Shown: positions 9,434 to 20,664, counted from the first letter of the stretch. The stretch is 32,000 nt of DNA from Desulfotalea psychrophila LSv54 (GCF_000025945.1 NC_006138.1:2610001-2642000); one strand, 5' to 3'. Numbers and translations are program-made. The notes: generated by a model from the letters alone, not told the origin.

Positions 9434-10189
9434 CTACTCTTTAATCTTTCTCGCCCGTATCTTTTCGTATGCATCTTTCATTGCCGCATAGGGATCAACG
9501 GAAGCATCTTTCAGTGACTCATAGTCACCAAGTCTCAGTGATGTATTATTTACAGTGACAGCACCAGTGATAATAAAGCTTGTGGCAAGATTATCGAGAT
9601 AAAAAGCAGGATAGAGAAATGTATCCCCGACAAGACCAGCAGTATCACGAAGACTTGAAGGGCCAAAAAGTGGCAAAACTATATAAACACCACCACCTAC
9701 CGAGTAGGAGCCCAGGGTCTGGCCAAGATCTTCATTGGAATTTGCCCAACCAAGATCATCCTGAGCAAGTTGGGTAAAGCCAAGTCCACCATAGGTGGTA
9801 TTAAAGAGAAAAATTGCAGTTTCCACCCCTGCCTCTTTAAACTTAAACTGAAGAACATTGCTGACAAAACGAATAGGGAAACCAAGATTGTAAAAGAAAT
9901 TCTTTATGCCAATCCGCGCAGGTTTGGGCATCACATAGGAATAGCCCTTTGACACCGGTTTAAGACACCAAAAATAGAGTTTATCGTTAAAGTAATACAT
10001 GCCCTTATTCATATAGTAGAGAGGATCGGCAATGGCAGTATCCGCCACTTTTGGCCCCGAATACTCTGCGTAAAGATCATCATCGTCTGCAAAAGTATCG
10101 CCTTCTGCAAAAATCTCGTCTGCATAGACAGAAAACGCGGGAAGGGTAAAAAGGAGGAGAATGGTTAAAAGAAGAATTTTCTTATGCAT
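9434..10189 (-). CDS. mlaA: MlaA/VacJ-family outer-membrane lipid asymmetry protein
   Basis: 'DPLYYMNKGMYYFNDKLYFWCLKPVSKGY', 'RIGIKNFFYNLGFPIRFVSNVLQFKFKEAG', 'DLGQTLGSYSVGGGVYIVLPLFGPSSLRDTAGLVGD'. Sec-type signal peptide without a lipobox Cys. Confidence 0.92.
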   Translation of the reverse strand: MHKKILLLTILLLFTLPAFSVYADEIFAEGDTFADDDDLYAEYSGPKVADTAIADPLYYMNKGMYYFNDKLYFWCLKPVSKGYSYVMPKPARIGIKNFFYNLGFPIRFVSNVLQFKFKEAGVETAIFLFNTTYGGLGFTQLAQDDLGWANSNEDLGQTLGSYSVGGGVYIVLPLFGPSSLRDTAGLVGDTFLYPAFYLDNLATSFIITGAVTVNNTSLRLGDYESLKDASVDPYAAMKDAYEKIRARKIKE

Positions 10190-10229
10190 ATTTTCTCATG
10201 ACTTGATGGTGAATAATATCTTGATGGAA

Positions 10230-10853
10230 TTAATCTTCCAAACTGGTAAGTTTTTCTTCCAATTGATTGATCATTTTTTCAGGACTGTCCCTGAACATTT
10301 TTCTATACTGCTCTCTATAGTTTGCGACCATACTTACCCCCTCAATTTTAACATCATAGACCTTCCAGCCTTCACCTGCATTAAACATCCTATAGTCAAC
10401 AAGCGTCTCCACCTCATCGTAATGGATAACTGTCATTACATCTGCCCGTAACTTACCGGATCTGGTTGGTTTAAGGAGATGATTATCGACATAGTCAATT
10501 TTCAGGGTATCCAGAGCCTTCCTGTTAAATTTATCAAGATAAACATGGGAGATGAGTTTCGTGAAAAGTTTGGTGAACCTGATCCTCTCTTCGGCTGAAA
10601 ATCGCCTCCAGTTATGCCCCAGGGCCCCCCGCGAAAAAGAGGCAAAGTCAAACATATGCTCTGCCTCTAAGAGCAGCCTATCATCCTGCTCTTTCTGCAT
10701 TCCCTGGAAATCAAATTGAGGGTCTTTAAGAATATCAAGAATAATATTGATGTTTCCCTTTAATGCATCCTGAGGATCTTTTGCCGCATAGAGGTCTGAA
10801 ACTGAAAAGCACAGTAAAAGGAGAAGTGCTGTAAAAAATTTATTCATTTTCAA
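10230..10853 (-). CDS. mlaC: MlaC-family periplasmic phospholipid-binding protein
   Basis: Signal peptide; 'MFDFASFSRGALGHNWRRFSAEERIRFTKLFTKLI', 'VDYRMFNAGEGWKVYDVKIEGVSMVANYREQYR'. Confidence 0.92.
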   Translation of the reverse strand: MKMNKFFTALLLLLCFSVSDLYAAKDPQDALKGNINIILDILKDPQFDFQGMQKEQDDRLLLEAEHMFDFASFSRGALGHNWRRFSAEERIRFTKLFTKLISHVYLDKFNRKALDTLKIDYVDNHLLKPTRSGKLRADVMTVIHYDEVETLVDYRMFNAGEGWKVYDVKIEGVSMVANYREQYRKMFRDSPEKMINQLEEKLTSLED

Positions 10854-10859
10854 TATCCG

Positions 10860-11312
10860 TTATTTACTATCTTTTTGGAAAATATACTTACTAATAAGGG
10901 ACTCTATATCAATTGAAGATTCGGTATTGTAGATGATATCTCCCGCGGCCAACATGTCCTCTGAACCTCCTGCTGACAGGTTTATGTATTTATCCCCTAT
11001 AATCCCAGAAGTTTTAACCGAGGCAATGGTGTCGTCGGAGAGTTCAACCTCCTTATTCAGTGAGAGTTCTACCTTGGCAACATATCTTGTTGTATCAAGT
11101 ATAATGCTCTTTACCCGGCCTATTTCAACCCCCGCCATCTCAACCTCAGCGCCAACCTTTAGGCCAGACACAGAGGTAAAAAAACCAAAAATTGGATACT
11201 TATCAGATCTGTTCCAATCTGCACCGCCGAGGGCAGTAAACAACCAAAAAAAGCAGAGACACCCTGCTATAATAAAAACACCAACATAAAACTCTATTTT
11301 TTTCTGAACCAT
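10860..11312 (-). CDS. mlaD: MlaD-family MCE domain protein
   Basis: 'IEFYVGVFIIAGCLCFFWLFTALG' TM followed by MCE domain 'YPIFGFFTSVSGLKVGAEVEMAGVEIGRVKSI...IKTSGIIGDKYINLSAG'. ATG at 11312, not the longer track start. Confidence 0.92.
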   Translation of the reverse strand: MVQKKIEFYVGVFIIAGCLCFFWLFTALGGADWNRSDKYPIFGFFTSVSGLKVGAEVEMAGVEIGRVKSIILDTTRYVAKVELSLNKEVELSDDTIASVKTSGIIGDKYINLSAGGSEDMLAAGDIIYNTESSIDIESLISKYIFQKDSK

Positions 11313-11316
11313 AGCT

Positions 11317-12060
11317 TCACCGTAATTTATGTCCCTGTATAAATGACTTAACCAAATCTGAATCGAACTGGACAAGTTCATCTAAAGTTCCCTCGATAAC
11401 TGTCTTCCCCTGATCGATCATAACAATTCTCTGAGATATTTCAAATATATCAGGTATTTCATGGCTAACCACAACACCTGTAAAGCCAAAAACATCCTTA
11501 TAATCCCTGATCATCTGATGGACCTTATTTTTTCGTACAGGGTCAAGTCCCGTGGTTGGTTCATCAAAGAGAATGATCTCCGGTTTGGTTATAAGGGCCC
11601 GAGCGAGGGCAACTCTCTTCTTCATCCCACCTGAAAGCTCAGCTGGATAAGAAGAGGCCGTTTGCTCTATTTCCAAAGTGGTCATAATCTCATTTACCTT
11701 ACCAGCAATGCTCTCTTTACTGAAGAGACCTTTTTCCGAAAGAGGCAGGGCAATATTTTGAAAAATTGTTAATGAATCAAAGAGAGCATTATCCTGAAAC
11801 ATATAGCTGAATTTTTTCCTAAAGGTCCGCTGTTCCGACCTCGTCATATCATCGGTGCATTTACCCTCAAATTTTATAAGGCCGCTATCCTGCTGCATTA
11901 GGCCAATAATATGTTTAAGCAAAACACTTTTTCCACAACCACTTTTACCAATGATAACGGTAATTTCACCCCTATATATGGAAAGCGAAACCCCCCTCAA
12001 CACATGGTTATCACCAAAACTTTTTTCTACATCTATAAATTCAATCAGCGGTTCTGCCAT
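11317..12060 (-). CDS. mlaF: MlaF-family ABC transporter ATPase
   Basis: Walker A 'GKSGCGKSVLLKHI', signature 'LSGGMKKRVALARAL', Walker B 'IILFDEPTTGLDPV'. Confidence 0.95.
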   Translation of the reverse strand: MAEPLIEFIDVEKSFGDNHVLRGVSLSIYRGEITVIIGKSGCGKSVLLKHIIGLMQQDSGLIKFEGKCTDDMTRSEQRTFRKKFSYMFQDNALFDSLTIFQNIALPLSEKGLFSKESIAGKVNEIMTTLEIEQTASSYPAELSGGMKKRVALARALITKPEIILFDEPTTGLDPVRKNKVHQMIRDYKDVFGFTGVVVSHEIPDIFEISQRIVMIDQGKTVIEGTLDELVQFDSDLVKSFIQGHKLR

Positions 12061-12114
12061 AATATTTACAATAAATTTATTTTTGTTATTTTATCGGTAA
12101 AAGGTCTTTCTCAG

Positions 12115-12903
12115 CTAAAGAAGAATATATGTGATCAGGTAATCATAAATCAGGATAAGAACACTGGAAGAGACAACGGCGTTGGTTGTTGCCAGGCTAA
12201 CAGCCCGTGAGCCAAAACCACCCTCCTTTTGTATATGCGCATAATACCCTTTAAAACAACATGTTGAGACAACAACAACGGCAAAAACAAGTGATTTAAT
12301 TATCCCGCTTCTAATATCCTCCATAACCACACTCTCGTGGACCCGGTACATATAGATATAACCGTTGACCTTTAGGGTTGTCGCTATGAAAAGACCACCA
12401 AATATACCAACAACATCAAAAATTGAGGTCAAAAGAGGAAAGCAAATTATAGAGGCAATGAGTCTCGGACTAAAGACAAATTTCACCGGATTAATATCCA
12501 TTGTCTGCAGGGCATCAAGTTGCTCAGATATCCTCATAGTACCTATCTCGGCGGCCATGGCAGAACCTGCTCTCGCCGTAATCATGATGGCGGTAAGTAC
12601 CGGTCCAAGCTCGCGGATAAGGGTGAGGGCAACAGCAGAGCCAAGCATGCCGGCAGAGCCAAATTTAGCCAGGGCGTAATAGCCCTGAAGGGCTAGGACC
12701 ATCCCTGTAAAAAATCCCGTTAAAATAACTACGGCCATGGACTTGGTACCAATAAACCAAATATTTTCAACTATTCTAAAAATTTGAAACGGCTTCTGAA
12801 AAATTTGACCTATACCTGTCAGTAAAAACAGACAAAAGCGCCCCAAATTTGTGACTCTGTCAATTGCCCAGGAACCAATTTCTTCAACTTTAAATGTTAA
12901 CAT
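12115..12903 (-). CDS. mlaE: MlaE-family ABC transporter permease
   Basis: 'GFFTGMVLALQGYYALAKFGSAGMLGSAVALTLIRELGPVLTAIMITARAGSAMAAEIGTMRISEQLDALQTMDINPVKFVFSPRLIA', characteristic MlaE/YrbE motifs. Confidence 0.95.
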   Translation of the reverse strand: MLTFKVEEIGSWAIDRVTNLGRFCLFLLTGIGQIFQKPFQIFRIVENIWFIGTKSMAVVILTGFFTGMVLALQGYYALAKFGSAGMLGSAVALTLIRELGPVLTAIMITARAGSAMAAEIGTMRISEQLDALQTMDINPVKFVFSPRLIASIICFPLLTSIFDVVGIFGGLFIATTLKVNGYIYMYRVHESVVMEDIRSGIIKSLVFAVVVVSTCCFKGYYAHIQKEGGFGSRAVSLATTNAVVSSSVLILIYDYLITYILL

Positions 12904-13168
12904 GAATTATTACTTATATTTATATTATTGCGAGCACCAATGCCATCAATGCCGTTCGGCAAATGCTCCAAGGGATGGGAGCACCCTGGATACATTAAGC
13001 CCAACTCAAAACCATGAACCAAAAAAAGCACGAAGTCATTATGATCAAAAAACAACTATCTAATTTGTTTTAAAATTCTTAACAAGAAAAATCTTTAAAA
13101 AAATATTGCTCAGGCCTTTTCATGCATTTGCCAGTCAGAGTTTTTCGGCCACGCCCCTCAATAAAAAC

Positions 13169-14473
13169 TTACTCTGGCCAAAGTTCATCAAGCCAATCAA
13201 AAACCAGCTCAGCCATAAGGCTCCGATTTTCCCCTATACAATGCGAGGAGGCCCCTTCATCTTCCGGAGTAACGATAAGGGTTTTGTTCTTGCTTCCTAG
13301 CTTAGCCATAAACTCCTGTTGCTGCCGCTCAGTTTCCCGATTTACATACTCACCGGCACCGACAAGATCCAAAACGGGACAGGTAATAAGGGCTGGATTA
13401 AATTGAAATCCTCTGGTCTGCTCCGTCTGGCCCTTAATGTTTTCCGGCTCGAGCCCCCAACGCCAGGTCACTCCGGAGGTAACAGCCTTTTTGAAGGCCG
13501 GCCAGGAATCAATCTGCTCCTGACTCTCCTTTGAAAAAGGCATCTCTTTAAACATCAAGTAGTTATCAACGACAGCACTGCTGACAACAATGGCCTTTAT
13601 TCTCTTTTCAAGCGTGGCGGCCCGGGGGACAAAATAACCACCATTGCTGATGCCATAAACGGCAAGCCTTTCAGGATCAATCTCGGCAAAATCCAAGATG
13701 ACATCAAGGATGGCCTTCATCTCTATCTCTGTATCCTTTTTAAAGAACAGGCCTTCAGAGGGCAACATCCCCTGACCGGGAATATCGACGGTAACAAAGT
13801 TATAGCCACGAAGGATAGCCTGTGGCTCAATATAAAAAATATTATCCTCAACAAAGGTCTCCCCCCCACCAATCATCAGGAGTGTCTTCCGGGCTGTACC
13901 ATTCTGCTGGACAGGGCGGTAATAACCAGGAAGAACGGTTCCCGCAAAGGGCACCTCAAAATAGATCATGGCCGGGGAAAAGAGGGGGGCTGCCGCCTGC
14001 ATGCAACTGCGAACTTTTTTAGAAATAGTATTGAATTTGCCATCACTTACTGAGCGTGAAACCAGAGCTGTTCTATAATAGTTGGATGCCTTGAGAAGGC
14101 ATTGGCGAGCCGTTATCAAATGTCCTGCATCTAAAGCCCTTCGGGCCCGAAGCTCTTTTCGCAGGGCCATCCTTTCCCACTCATCCTGCCAGCTCTTAGG
14201 ATTACCGTCCTCTATATGAGCCGCCACATAAAATGCTTCGCCTATCTCGGCGCCGCCGTTGACAATACTGCCCAGAAGCCACTGAAAGGCAAAATCCATC
14301 TCATTATCGGTAAAGTGAAATCTGGTATAGGAACGATGAGCATCATAGACCTCTTTTTGCGCAGACTTCATTTGCGAAAGTCCTCTCTCTTCTGCCGCAG
14401 ATATTCTCAGCAGGGGAAGAAGAGGAGTGTTTATCAGACTAATAAATAGAGTGCAGATAATTATGACTTTCAT
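13169..14473 (-). CDS. Secreted alpha/beta hydrolase
   Basis: N-terminal signal sequence; 'YRPVQQNGTARKTLLMIGGG', 'GYNFVTVDIPGQGMLP', nucleophile elbow 'LAVYGISNGGYFVPRAA'. Confidence 0.85.
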   Translation of the reverse strand: MKVIIICTLFISLINTPLLPLLRISAAEERGLSQMKSAQKEVYDAHRSYTRFHFTDNEMDFAFQWLLGSIVNGGAEIGEAFYVAAHIEDGNPKSWQDEWERMALRKELRARRALDAGHLITARQCLLKASNYYRTALVSRSVSDGKFNTISKKVRSCMQAAAPLFSPAMIYFEVPFAGTVLPGYYRPVQQNGTARKTLLMIGGGETFVEDNIFYIEPQAILRGYNFVTVDIPGQGMLPSEGLFFKKDTEIEMKAILDVILDFAEIDPERLAVYGISNGGYFVPRAATLEKRIKAIVVSSAVVDNYLMFKEMPFSKESQEQIDSWPAFKKAVTSGVTWRWGLEPENIKGQTEQTRGFQFNPALITCPVLDLVGAGEYVNRETERQQQEFMAKLGSKNKTLIVTPEDEGASSHCIGENRSLMAELVFDWLDELWPE

Positions 14474-14501
14474 AGATATCCTCTGGGTAAAATGAACCAG
14501 G

Positions 14502-14729
14502 ATGCCCGCGGCCAGGAAATTTTCTCTAATGATTTCAATATTAGTAATGGTTTCAGTATTGGTAATGATTATAGACTACCCATACCCCATAAAGCAAAAA
14601 ATAGATGGAGAGGAACAGGGTCTTTCTCTCAGCACATTCCCCGAAAAAAAACAGGCCTATTCTATTAAACAACTGATCGACATCTATAAACAAACCAATA
14701 AGCCCCCTCCTACAACACAAACTGACTAG
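14502..14729 (+). CDS. Small membrane-anchored protein, unknown function
   Basis: 75-aa ORF with an N-terminal hydrophobic helix (ISILVMVSVLVMIIDYP) and a charged tail; no recognised homology. Confidence 0.25.
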   Translation: MPAARKFSLMISILVMVSVLVMIIDYPYPIKQKIDGEEQGLSLSTFPEKKQAYSIKQLIDIYKQTNKPPPTTQTD

Positions 14730-15434
14730 TCAGGTAATAGCAAGAACTAGACTGAATGAGTAAAGCCAGCCAGCATTGAAATTTGCATTCAAGAGATAGG
14801 CTTGAATAGAGCTAGAGATAATTCCAGCCAAGAAAGCAAAGCTTATTGTGAAGGGAAGATTGATCTACAGACAGGGGCCTTGATAACATCGCTCCCCTGC
14901 CCGACCTACTGCTGAGCGAAGAGCTCTTTGCCCCGTTTACAGAGACGAAAGAAACCGCCATTTGCCGGATCGGAGCGAGAGGACAAATGTGACAGTGATG
15001 TGGACAGAAAATGGACAAGGGCAACCTTAATTACTATCCAATGTGAGACCACAAAATATTTTTTCCCTCTCCTTTAACAAATATGGAGTCCAGTTCCGGA
15101 ACAACCCTCTGCTGTAATTCCTGAAATGTCTCAGCTCCTGCCTGATTGAATAGATCCGGTTTCTGTCAATCTAACACCTCTCAACTCTACGGGCAGGGAG
15201 AGCAAACAGGACGGCTGAGATCAGCCACCATAGGTTCTGGTTAACATTTTAACCAATAACAACTAGTTAAACTATATTAAATCATCGTAAATACGATATT
15301 CATCCCAAAGGCTTTTGAGACTGGTTCTAGAGATATAAAGAGATTTTTCCTTGCAGCTTCATTCTTCAGCGCCCTCTACCTGTTAATAGATTTAGCTGAA
15401 AGTTGGCTGATCTCCTCAGAGGAAAACACACCTG

Positions 15435-16526
15435 TTAGGCTGTCTCTCTGTCATACTCACCGATCATAGAAATTCGCCTATCCAGATCCTCGGGAGAGAG
15501 ATGAGAGAAGTTATTGAAGGGGACAGGACTGTCATTGGGAAAGGCCCTTTCGACAGCCATGATTTGCCTCCACAGGGCAAATACGGCATCTATGATTTTC
15601 CCCGGCAATTTACCCCCTCTATCCATGGCAAGAAGTTCCCGTACCTTCTCTTCGGGTATCGCCCCTTGGCGATATGGCCGGGTGGGATCAAGCATGGCAT
15701 CGATCATATCGGCGACCGAGGTAATCAATGCCTCAAAGGGAATATCATCCCCCTTCAGTCCATCCGGATAGCCCGATCCATCAAGCTTTTCGTGATGGAA
15801 GCGGGCTACATTATAGGCCATTATCATCACAGGTGACTGGATACCTTCGCCAATAATGTCGGCGCCGTGTAGGGTATGGGCCTGCATCTCTTGCCACATC
15901 TCCGGATTCTCCCTCAAATTGCCCGGAAAGAGCAGGATCTCATCCCGGACCCCTATCTTGCCAATATCGTGCAAAGGCGCCACGAGGAAGAGCCGGTAGG
16001 CCAGAAGCAGATCATACCCCAGATGTCTGGCGAGCAAATGGGTGATCACCGCTACCCGCAGGGTATGGTTTGCCGTCTCATTATCCTTGAGTTTGGCCGC
16101 TCTCATAAGGGACAGAAGTCCCTCAATAACGGCCGTATCTCTATCGATGAGCCTTAAATGGGTCGCCACCCGTGCCAGTAAAATAGGAGGCTCAATAGGC
16201 TTGGTAACATAGTCTACCGCCCCCAGATCGAATCCCCTCTTCTTGTCAGCAATTTCTCCCTTTGCCGTGACGAAGATTACCGGGATATTTACCGTGAGAG
16301 GATCTTTTTTTAAGAGCCGGCAAACCTCATAGCCATCCATCTCCGGCATCATAATATCAAGGAGGATGAGATCAGGCATATGTTTTACCGCCCCGGCCAG
16401 GGCGCTTTTCCCGCTATTGGCAAATTTAAGGTTGTAAGAATCTGCCAAAACCTGTTGCAACAGGCTTAGGTTATTGGGTTCATCATCAACAAGTAATATT
16501 GTGAAACCTTGTCTGTACATATTCAT
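15435..16526 (-). CDS. Two-component response regulator with HD-GYP output domain (predicted c-di-GMP phosphodiesterase)
   Basis: REC 'ILLVDDEPNNLSLLQQVL...PDLILLDIMMPEMDGYEVCR...IFVTAKG'; HD-GYP 'HDIGKIGVRDEILL', 'HHEKLDGSGYPDGLKGDDIP'. Confidence 0.93.
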   Translation of the reverse strand: MNMYRQGFTILLVDDEPNNLSLLQQVLADSYNLKFANSGKSALAGAVKHMPDLILLDIMMPEMDGYEVCRLLKKDPLTVNIPVIFVTAKGEIADKKRGFDLGAVDYVTKPIEPPILLARVATHLRLIDRDTAVIEGLLSLMRAAKLKDNETANHTLRVAVITHLLARHLGYDLLLAYRLFLVAPLHDIGKIGVRDEILLFPGNLRENPEMWQEMQAHTLHGADIIGEGIQSPVMIMAYNVARFHHEKLDGSGYPDGLKGDDIPFEALITSVADMIDAMLDPTRPYRQGAIPEEKVRELLAMDRGGKLPGKIIDAVFALWRQIMAVERAFPNDSPVPFNNFSHLSPEDLDRRISMIGEYDRETA

Positions 16527-19500
16527 CCCTCCAGCTGGATACCGAGTCTTTCGGCCAGGATTCGGGTTTGGGATTTGGCCCGGGCAAAATCAAACGCATC
16601 AATAGCCCTCCTGATATTGATCATATCATCCTGGGTAAGGTATTCGCCAAGTTTACTGAGTCCAGGTTCGGCGACGACCGGGTCGTCTTGATCAAGCATG
16701 ATCAGCAGTTCCTGAAGCAGGCTGCTAACAGCCTTAGAGTCAAACTCCGGGGTGGCAATCCTTGCCACAGGCATCTTCAGCTTTCTGATCACTACCGCCG
16801 CATTTTTCAGTGCCGCCTGCAGGCTGGGGAGCAGCGTTGCCGCTGGCTCATGACTGCCTGCCTTCAGTGCGGCGTTGATCTCTGTTGCCAGGCGGGCAAC
16901 TTCAGGCAGAGAGAGATTTCCGGCCAGACCCTTAAGGGTATGGGAAATCATCCTGGCCTCCTTACTATTCTCGTCCAGTAACTGCTGAATTTTTTCGGCA
17001 TCGGCTGAATGTCTATCGGCAAAGCTGGCAAGAGACTTGGCAAAGACCAGCGGATCCCGCCAGGAGGCAAGTCCCCTGTCAATGTCGACTACATCGGCCA
17101 GCGGGGTGAGGTCGATATCCTGCCGTGCCTGGTCGCCAGGGAAGGTCTCCTCATTTAGGCTGCCAATACCTTTAGGTACCACCCTCTCCATGGTGGCAAA
17201 AAGTCCTTCCAGTATAATGGGCTTACCGACAACCGCATCCATACCGGCTCTCATATATCTTTGCCGATCCTCCTTCATTATACTGGCCGTTAAGGCAATG
17301 ATTGTAATGTGCCCCTTTGATTCCCTTTCAAGGGCGCGAATTTTACGGGTTGCCTCTATCCCGTCCATTTCAGGCATCATCACATCCATAAGGATAAGAT
17401 CAAATGTGCCCCCCTTGTACATCTCTACTGCCTGACTACCGTTCCAGACATGTCTGACCCTATGCCCCTGCTGTTCCAGGCGCAACTGGGCCAGGGTGGC
17501 ATTTCCCGGCACATCTTCAGCCAGGAGAATTTGAAAACGGCGGGGCGACTCGGGCGAGGACGCTTCGCCTGTTAAGGCATGATCAACGCCGGTAGCCCTG
17601 CAGGGGCTTATTACCGGCAGCTGAGCCGTAAAATGGAATGTTACCCCCCTTCCCAGTTCACTCTCCACCCATATCCGTCCTCCCATAAGTTCGACAAGCT
17701 GTTTGCTAATGGTCAATCCCAGGCCGGTACCGCCGTAACAGCGGGCAGTGGAGATATCGGCCTGGGTAAAGGGATTGAAAATATTTGCTGCCTGCTCGGC
17801 TGTCATGCCAATTCCCCTATCTGCCACCGAGAAGTGGAGGGAGGCATCTCCCTGGTCCGAGGCCCTGACCCCTATGGTGATCTTGCCAGTTTTTGTGAAC
17901 TTGATCGCATTGCCGACTAAATTTATGATTACCTGACCTAGTCGGGTCGGATCTCCGAGATAACAGTGGGGAAGATCGGCGTCGAAATGAAAATCAAGGC
18001 CAATCCCCTTTTCCTCAGCCTGGGACTCCACTGTTTTTAAGGCCTCTTGGACTATCCTTGGCATATCGAGACAGGTAGCCTCAAGTGCGAACTCCCCGCT
18101 CTCCAGCTTACTGACATCCAAAATGTCGTTAATAATTATCAGTAAACCTTTGGCCGAACTGTACGCCGTCTCCAGATGTCTGCGCAGCTCTGCGCAGAGC
18201 AACCTGCTCTCCAGAGTGATCTGGATAAAGCCAAGCACCGAGTTCATCGGTGTACGAATTTCATGACTCATATTGGCAAGAAAGGCTGACTTGGCGATAT
18301 TGGCCGTTTCAGCAGCCTCTTTGGCTATTTTGAGTTCGTATGTTCTCTCTTCCACCAGCCGGGCAAGGTTGTCCCGATGTTTGCGGAGTGCCTCTTCGGC
18401 CCGGTTTATTTCGCTGAGATCCACTACCATGCCAACAAAAATCCGTTTTTCCAGCCTCACCTCACTGACGGAAAGATGCATTGGGAATTCCACCCCATCC
18501 TTTCTTACCCCTGTAAGCTTGTTACCTACTCCAATAGCCTTCATCCTGCCGGTCTTAAGATAATGATCGACATATTTATTATGACTTGAACGGTGGGGCT
18601 CAGGCATAAGCATCCGCACGTTTCGGCCAATAATTTCTTCTGGCCCATAGCCAAACATCTTTTCGGCTGACCGATTAAAGGACTGGACTATCCCTGTCTC
18701 ATCTATTGTGATGATGGGGATGACTGCCTTGTCAATAATTGCCTCTGCCCGAAGCTCACTTTTTCTCAGCTGAGCCGTCTTTTCTGCCACCTGCCATTCG
18801 ATCTCTGAGGTTCGTAGCGCATTATTTCGGAACTGCAGGGCAAGCAAGACTGTCAGGACAATACCAACAATAAAAACGGCCATTGCGCTGGGCGGAAAGC
18901 CCTGAATCTGCCCAGCCTCTGATGGGGACAGACATACCCTCCACTGCCGCCCTGCCACAGCGATCTCCCTGATGACATGAAGACCAGATGTCCGTATGCC
19001 CTCCTTGAAATATTGCTCACCGGGGCACTTTCCCCCAGCAGGGTAAATAAGTTCTGCACCATCATGGATATGCATCATAATATGAAACTGGCCGGGATCG
19101 ATTTGGGCAAGAGCCCTCTCGCCGATGGTATCGACGGCAAAAGCTGCCACCACAAAACCTCGCAGCGTCTCCCGCCGTTCGGCAATAGTGCTTGCGAGGC
19201 CTTGATAGACCGGTGCTACCACCAAAAAAGAAAAGCGCTTTTTCTTATGCTGCACCAAATGGATTACCTGCGATGCCGTGACCTTGCCACTATCACGGGC
19301 CTGCATAAGCATGGTTCGACGCTTTGGCTCAGAGCTAAGGTCAAAGCCAAAGGCGGCTCCGTTAACCCCTGTTGGCTCGATATAGAAAACGGGAAAATAC
19401 TTTTCTCTTACCCCTGCTCTGACCAGTTTTCCATTTTGCAGTTCACTAAAGCGAAAGCCGGACAGGCCGACGGCCCTTGCCTCGTCCACAAATTTAGCCC

Positions 19501-19831
19501 GCTGGGAGTTGGCAACCCTGGGAATCCATCCAAGCACATCCAGGCTGTTATCGACAACTTTTACGCTTTGAAACCAGAGACGAAATTCATATCGCTCAAC
19601 AAGATGCGAGGCATCGAAGAATGCCACCGCCGGTGTAAGGATGGAGAGATCAACCTCTATATCTCTCCTAATGGCGGCGGCCTGCCTGTCCGCCTCCCTC
19701 TGAAATTGGGCAATGGTGTTTTCGCTTACCTGCTGGTAATTGATATAGGCCATGATGCCTGACAGCAGCAGGCCCAGTATGATCGTTAACCATACGGACG
19801 CTCTGTTCCAGCCGTTTCTAAATTCTTTCAT
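16523..19831 (-). CDS. CHASE-PAS hybrid sensor histidine kinase with REC and Hpt domains
   Basis: N-terminal TM plus CHASE-like extracellular region, second TM, PAS ('[30 protein letters not shown]'), HisKA '[19 protein letters not shown]', HATPase_c '[21 protein letters not shown]', REC '[18 protein letters not shown]', Hpt '[13 protein letters not shown]'. Confidence 0.93.
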   Translation of the reverse strand: MKEFRNGWNRASVWLTIILGLLLSGIMAYINYQQVSENTIAQFQREADRQAAAIRRDIEVDLSILTPAVAFFDASHLVERYEFRLWFQSVKVVDNSLDVLGWIPRVANSQRAKFVDEARAVGLSGFRFSELQNGKLVRAGVREKYFPVFYIEPTGVNGAAFGFDLSSEPKRRTMLMQARDSGKVTASQVIHLVQHKKKRFSFLVVAPVYQGLASTIAERRETLRGFVVAAFAVDTIGERALAQIDPGQFHIMMHIHDGAELIYPAGGKCPGEQYFKEGIRTSGLHVIREIAVAGRQWRVCLSPSEAGQIQGFPPSAMAVFIVGIVLTVLLALQFRNNALRTSEIEWQVAEKTAQLRKSELRAEAIIDKAVIPIITIDETGIVQSFNRSAEKMFGYGPEEIIGRNVRMLMPEPHRSSHNKYVDHYLKTGRMKAIGVGNKLTGVRKDGVEFPMHLSVSEVRLEKRIFVGMVVDLSEINRAEEALRKHRDNLARLVEERTYELKIAKEAAETANIAKSAFLANMSHEIRTPMNSVLGFIQITLESRLLCAELRRHLETAYSSAKGLLIIINDILDVSKLESGEFALEATCLDMPRIVQEALKTVESQAEEKGIGLDFHFDADLPHCYLGDPTRLGQVIINLVGNAIKFTKTGKITIGVRASDQGDASLHFSVADRGIGMTAEQAANIFNPFTQADISTARCYGGTGLGLTISKQLVELMGGRIWVESELGRGVTFHFTAQLPVISPCRATGVDHALTGEASSPESPRRFQILLAEDVPGNATLAQLRLEQQGHRVRHVWNGSQAVEMYKGGTFDLILMDVMMPEMDGIEATRKIRALERESKGHITIIALTASIMKEDRQRYMRAGMDAVVGKPIILEGLFATMERVVPKGIGSLNEETFPGDQARQDIDLTPLADVVDIDRGLASWRDPLVFAKSLASFADRHSADAEKIQQLLDENSKEARMISHTLKGLAGNLSLPEVARLATEINAALKAGSHEPAATLLPSLQAALKNAAVVIRKLKMPVARIATPEFDSKAVSSLLQELLIMLDQDDPVVAEPGLSKLGEYLTQDDMINIRRAIDAFDFARAKSQTRILAERLGIQLEG

Positions 19832-20320
19832 AGCCTTCTTCTCCCTCTGAAAGCTTCATATGCACAAGTCTTGCTACAGTTCAGGTCTACTGTAAACAGT
19901 AGGATCGTATTCAAAATCAGGACGTTCTCAAGATATCGTGCAAGGCCTACGATGCCAATCCACCTGTGCCAAGGTCTGCTCAGGCAGATGGTCACGAAAA
20001 ATAGCCCAAAGCCACCTTCACCTTACGGAGGGGGAATTTCGCAGCCCGGACAACCGCAAAGCCGCCTCTGCCATATTGCTTCATGGTAACCAGATACCGG
20101 GGAAGCCCCCCTTCTCCATGCCTGACAGGATTGTATCATAAAAAAGAGGCTCGCCGCAAATCATTGCACTCTTGTCAGTGGCTAAGGGGGCCGGAGGAGA
20201 TGATGGGGCAGGACTGAATCGTGCCACCAACCGGTGCGGGCACGGCACAGGCCTTCTCCTGTTTCTACCGTTTGATATAAAAATGGAAGGTGTGAGCTGG
20301 GCGGGGAGGATGGAGTGGGG

Positions 20321-20664
20321 TTAATGTCTATTAGTGATTAGCTCCACTCCAGGGTGAAGGAGGCATCTCTGTTTAATTTTACCCGGCTGCCATACTTCTT
20401 CCCCTCTCTGTTGAGAATATCCCTGAGCCAGAGGGTATCGGCCTTCGTTGCCCTGTTTACCCTGAAATGTTTAATCCGGGTGGGGGTCATCTGCAGGTGA
20501 AGCAGTTTTCCCGATACGGGTTCCACTGTGACATTATACATCAGGCCCAGGTCATCTCTACAAGACTTACTGACACTTATTCCCTCGTAATCATTCAGAA
20601 AATCGCCACTACCATGGATGAGGAGCCTGTCCCTGCAGGCCTCCACTCCCTGGACATGATGTGA
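20321..20664 (-). pseudogene. Duplicated 3' fragment of a capA-like gene
   Basis: Encodes DRLLIHGSGDFLNDYEGISVSKSCRDDLGLMYNVTV..., nearly the same as the C-terminal ~99 aa of the CapA-like ORF 21862..23007. It lacks the catalytic N-terminal part. DNA similarity continues past the stop codon ('GTTAATGTCTATTAG.GATTA'). Confidence 0.85.

Noticed and set aside
14740-15430. Long intergenic stretch examined for riboswitches, small RNAs or a CRISPR-like array
   Set aside because: No regular repeats and no convincing riboswitch core. Only a small hairpin (GGCTGA-GA-TCAGCC near 15215) was seen, too weak to call.
18977-19762. 261-aa plus-strand ORF antisense to the hybrid kinase (also 16568-16981, 17037-17435, 17579-17920)
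   Set aside because: It mirrors the codon structure of the kinase, has no family motifs, and the minus-strand protein has complete multi-domain support.
19871-20320. Possible degraded coding remnant (minus-strand segment ...MICGEPLFYDTILSGMEKGASPVSGYHEAIWQRRLCGCPGCEIPPP*)
   Set aside because: Short, no recognised family and not supported by motifs; BLASTX would be needed before calling a pseudogene.
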